Below, piece by piece: positions 61,011-64,000 of a stretch of DNA of 64,000 nucleotides. A program made the translations under genes and the position numbers. The stretch's first letter is position 1. Each line of letters begins with the position of its first letter. Origin of the DNA: an uncultured Bacteroidales bacterium (GTDB taxonomy: Bacteria > Bacteroidota > Bacteroidia > Bacteroidales > VadinHA17); assembly GCA_963829255.1 (NCBI GenBank), contig CAWHIG010000012.1, forward strand, positions 23,314 through 87,313, read 5' to 3'. Under the pieces are notes generated by a model that saw only the letters and a program-made list of their open reading frames with translations, had not been told where the DNA came from and made no database searches.

Positions 61011-63813
61011 ATGGTTCAGAATGATACTAAAAGGCTTTTCTTACTGGACGCATATGCGCTAATTTTCCGTGCCTATTATGCATTTATTAAAAATCCAAGG
61101 ATAACTTCGAAAGGTCTGAATACTTCAGCGATTTTCGGATTCCTGCTGGCTCTTGAAGAGGTTCTTCAGAAGCAGAAACCAACACACATTGCTGTAGTTT
61201 TTGATACTCCTACACCGACCTTCAGGCATGAGATGTTTAAGGATTACAAAGCTCATCGTGATGCAACTCCTGAAGATATTATAAAAGCTGTTCCTTACAT
61301 AAAAAGACTTATCGAAGCATATAAAATTCCAGTTATTGATTATCCGGGATTTGAAGCTGATGATGTAATTGGTACCCTTGCCAGGAAGGCTTCAGAGAAG
61401 GGTTTTACAACTTTTATGATGACGCCTGATAAAGATTATGCCCAGCTGGTCTCCGGAAGGATTTTTATGTTGAAACCTTCAAGAAGCGGAAATGATTCGG
61501 TTTTATGGGGGGTTGAAGATATAAAAAAGGAATACAGTGTTCAGCGTCCGGAACAGGTAATTGATGTTCTTGCTCTGATGGGCGACACAGCCGATAACAT
61601 TCCCGGAGCACCTGGAGTTGGCCCTAAAACCGCAATGAAACTGATTTCCGAATATGGAAGCATTGAAGAGCTTTTCAACAATACAGATAAGCTGAAGGGA
61701 AAGCTTAAAGAGATAATTGAGAATAACAGGGAGCAGATTGAGTTTTCGAAAAAACTGGTTACAATAGAACAGAATGTGCCCATTGAATTAAATGAAACTG
61801 CTCTTGAACTGGAAGTACCGGATACTGGCAAACTAAAAATTCTATTCGATGAGCTCGAATTCAAAACAGTTGCAGCCAGAATATTTTCGGAAATCAATAA
61901 ATCTGAAAAACCGAGGGAGTCTCAACAACTGTTTGCCACTCAAACAGAGTCATCTCAGGGTACTCTTTTCGGAGATGAGGCAATTGGGACATAATACCGG
62001 AAAAGAAACAATAGAAAGTGTTGATCACACTTATATCCATCTCGAAACAGATTCAGACATTCGGGAATTTGTCCAAAGGATTAACAAACTTAAAGAGTTT
62101 TGCTTTGACAGTGAAACAACAAGCATAAATCCTCTTGAAGCTGAGCTTGTTGCCCTGACTTTTTCATGGGGAAAAGGATCAGGATACCTTATTCATTTCC
62201 CTGAATCACTAAAGGAAACAAAAGCAATTCTGGAAATAGTCAGACCGGTGTTTGAGAATCCCGACACTCTGAAAATAGGGCAGAACATGAAATTTGATAT
62301 CCAGGTTCTGGCGAATTATGGAATCGATGTAAAGGGACCCCTGTTCGACACAATGATAGCCCATTATCTTCTGGAACCCGATATGAGACATAATATGAAT
62401 TTATTGTCGGAAACTTATCTTGGCTACAGTCCGGTGCATATAGAATCACTTATCGGAGAAAAGGGAAACAGTCAGAAAAACATGAGGTCGGTTCCTGTGG
62501 ATAAGCTTATGGAGTATGCCGTTGAGGATGCAGATGTAACGTATCAGCTTGAGAAAGTTTTTGAACCCAGGATTAAAGCAGAAGGATTGAATGATCTTGC
62601 CCGGGAGATTGAGATGCCTCTTATAAGAGTGCTGGCGGCAATCGAAAGAAATGGTGTGATATTGGATCTGGAAGATTTGAAAGCCATAACCATAAACCTT
62701 CGTGAAGATATTATCTCGCTTGAAAAAGAGATTTATGCCATGGCCGGAACAGAATTTAATATTTCATCTCCAAAACAGCTTGGCGATATTCTTTTTATCC
62801 GACTGAAACTTGATGATAATGCGAGGGTTACAAAAACCAAACAGTTTATTACCAATGAAGAGCGGTTGCAGCGGCTCACAAGTAAACATCCCATCGTCGA
62901 CAAAGTGTTGGAATACAGAGGGCTCAGGAAACTCTTGTCAACCTATGTTGAAGCACTCCCCCTGCTTGTAGATAAGAAAACCGGCAGGATTCATACTTCT
63001 TTCAACCAGGCTGTTGCCGCAACCGGCAGGCTAAGTTCAAACAACCCTAATCTTCAGAATATTCCCGTAAGAGACGAAAGGGGAAGAGAAATAAGGAAAG
63101 CTTTTGTTCCGGCGAAAGGACATGTTTTCTTATCTGCAGACTATTCACAAATTGAACTGAGGTTGATGGCTCATCTAAGCAAGGATAAGAGCATGATTGC
63201 AGACTTTCTTTCGGGAAATGATATACATGCGGCGACAGCTGCTAAAATATTTGGGGTAGATATAAAGGATGTTACCCGCGAGATGCGCAGCAGAGCAAAA
63301 ACAGCTAATTTCGGGATCATTTACGGAATTTCTTCTTTCGGACTTTCAGAAAGGCTGACAATCGGGAGAAAAGAGGCAAAAGAGTTGATTGATGGCTATT
63401 TCAATTCCTATCCGGGCGTTAAGGTTTATATGGATGAGAGTATCAAGAAGGCCAGGGAGGCAGGATATGTTACAACAATGTTTGGTCGGAGACGGTATTT
63501 ACGTGATATTCATTCACGGAACCAGGTGGTAAGAGGAAACGCCGAGAGAAACGCAATTAATGCGCCCATTCAGGGGAGTGCTGCGGACATTATCAAGATC
63601 GCAATGGTAAGAATATATGACAGGATGAAATCCGGGAAATTCCTGTCAAAAATGATCCTTCAGGTGCATGACGAACTAATATTTGAAGTTCCGATCGCTG
63701 AACTGGAAAAGCTGAAGACTATAGTTCTTCATGAAATGTCAAATGCTGTTAAGCTGGATGTACCTCTGAATGTTGATGCGGGAACAGGCAATAATTGGTT
63801 TGAGGCACATTAA
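61011..63813 (+). pseudogene. polA: DNA polymerase I with a single frame break between the 5'-nuclease and the 3'-5' exo/polymerase parts (or consensus error)
   Basis: ORF 61011..61994 is the 5'-3' exonuclease domain. ORF 61849..63813 is the Klenow-like part (RLSSNNPNLQNIP, QVHDELIFE). Removing one G from GGG at 61986-61988 gives ...LFGDEAIGHNTGKETIESV.... Confidence 0.85.
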
Positions 63814-63819
63814 AGAATG

Positions 63820-63934
63820 GACCCCCTCCCGCTACGCGGGATCCCCCTAAAGGGGGACTAATAATCGTTTTTAATTGTAATTCAACTATATATATAAGAG
63901 CTTTAACCCCCCTTTAGGGGGGAAGGGGGGCAAA
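63820..63934. repeat. two GC-rich REP-like modules
   Basis: GACCCCCTCCCGCTACGCGGGATCCCCCTAAAGGGGGAC (63820-63858) and AACCCCCCTTTAGGGGGGAAGGGGGGCAAA (63905-63934), starting 7 nt after the polA stop. Confidence 0.8.
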
Positions 63935-63958
63935 CGGAGAAGGTAAAAAATATTTATT

Positions 63959-64000
63959 ATGGAAGTTAAAGTATTATTCTTCGGTGTTCTGGCTGAGATT
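63959..64000 (+). CDS. start of a MoaD/ThiS-like sulfur-carrier gene (truncated by window end)
   Basis: ATG at 63959. MEVKVLFFGVLAEI resembles MoaD N-termini, but only 14 codons are visible. Confidence 0.3.
   Translation, partial: MEVKVLFFGVLAEI

Overview
This is an AT-rich, Bacteroidota-type chromosomal segment, judged from TAnnTTTG-type promoter boxes, a TPR/DUF4292/EnvC cluster, and ACIII plus caa3 oxidase genes. Roughly 0-41.7 kb and 55.2-64 kb carry ordinary housekeeping genes (nfo, rpiB, nadA, ruvB, pheS, ybeY, mnmG, ade, uvrC, a phosphofructokinase, lspA, polA and others), mostly intact. Three things stand out. (1) A 13-kb convergent respiratory block holds alternative complex III (actA-B-C-D-F-E, + strand) and a caa3-type cytochrome c oxidase with SCO and heme O synthase (- strand). 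Ten of its twelve genes are split across frames (more than 20 disruptions) while neighbouring genes are intact. (2) There is a nested population of mobile DNA: two degenerate Tn5/IS50-like (IS4 family) copies with mosaic-end-like termini and a 9-bp target duplication, two derived MITEs, and an intact IS1182-family element, all inserted into other short repeats. (3) A dispersed family of GC-rich palindromic (REP-like) modules sits just 3' of genes, and related GC-rich hairpins nearby serve as IS insertion targets. Two divergent promoter regions also carry tandem 7/8/9/16-mer arrays. hemW, creD, queD and polA each carry 1-2 frame breaks at short homopolymers or an (AT)n tract, so consensus error versus real decay can only be resolved with reads. 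I saw no rRNA, tRNA or CRISPR array. I found no clearly new multi-gene system; the hairpin-loop-targeted Tn5-like IS/MITE family and the eroding respiratory island are the best leads.
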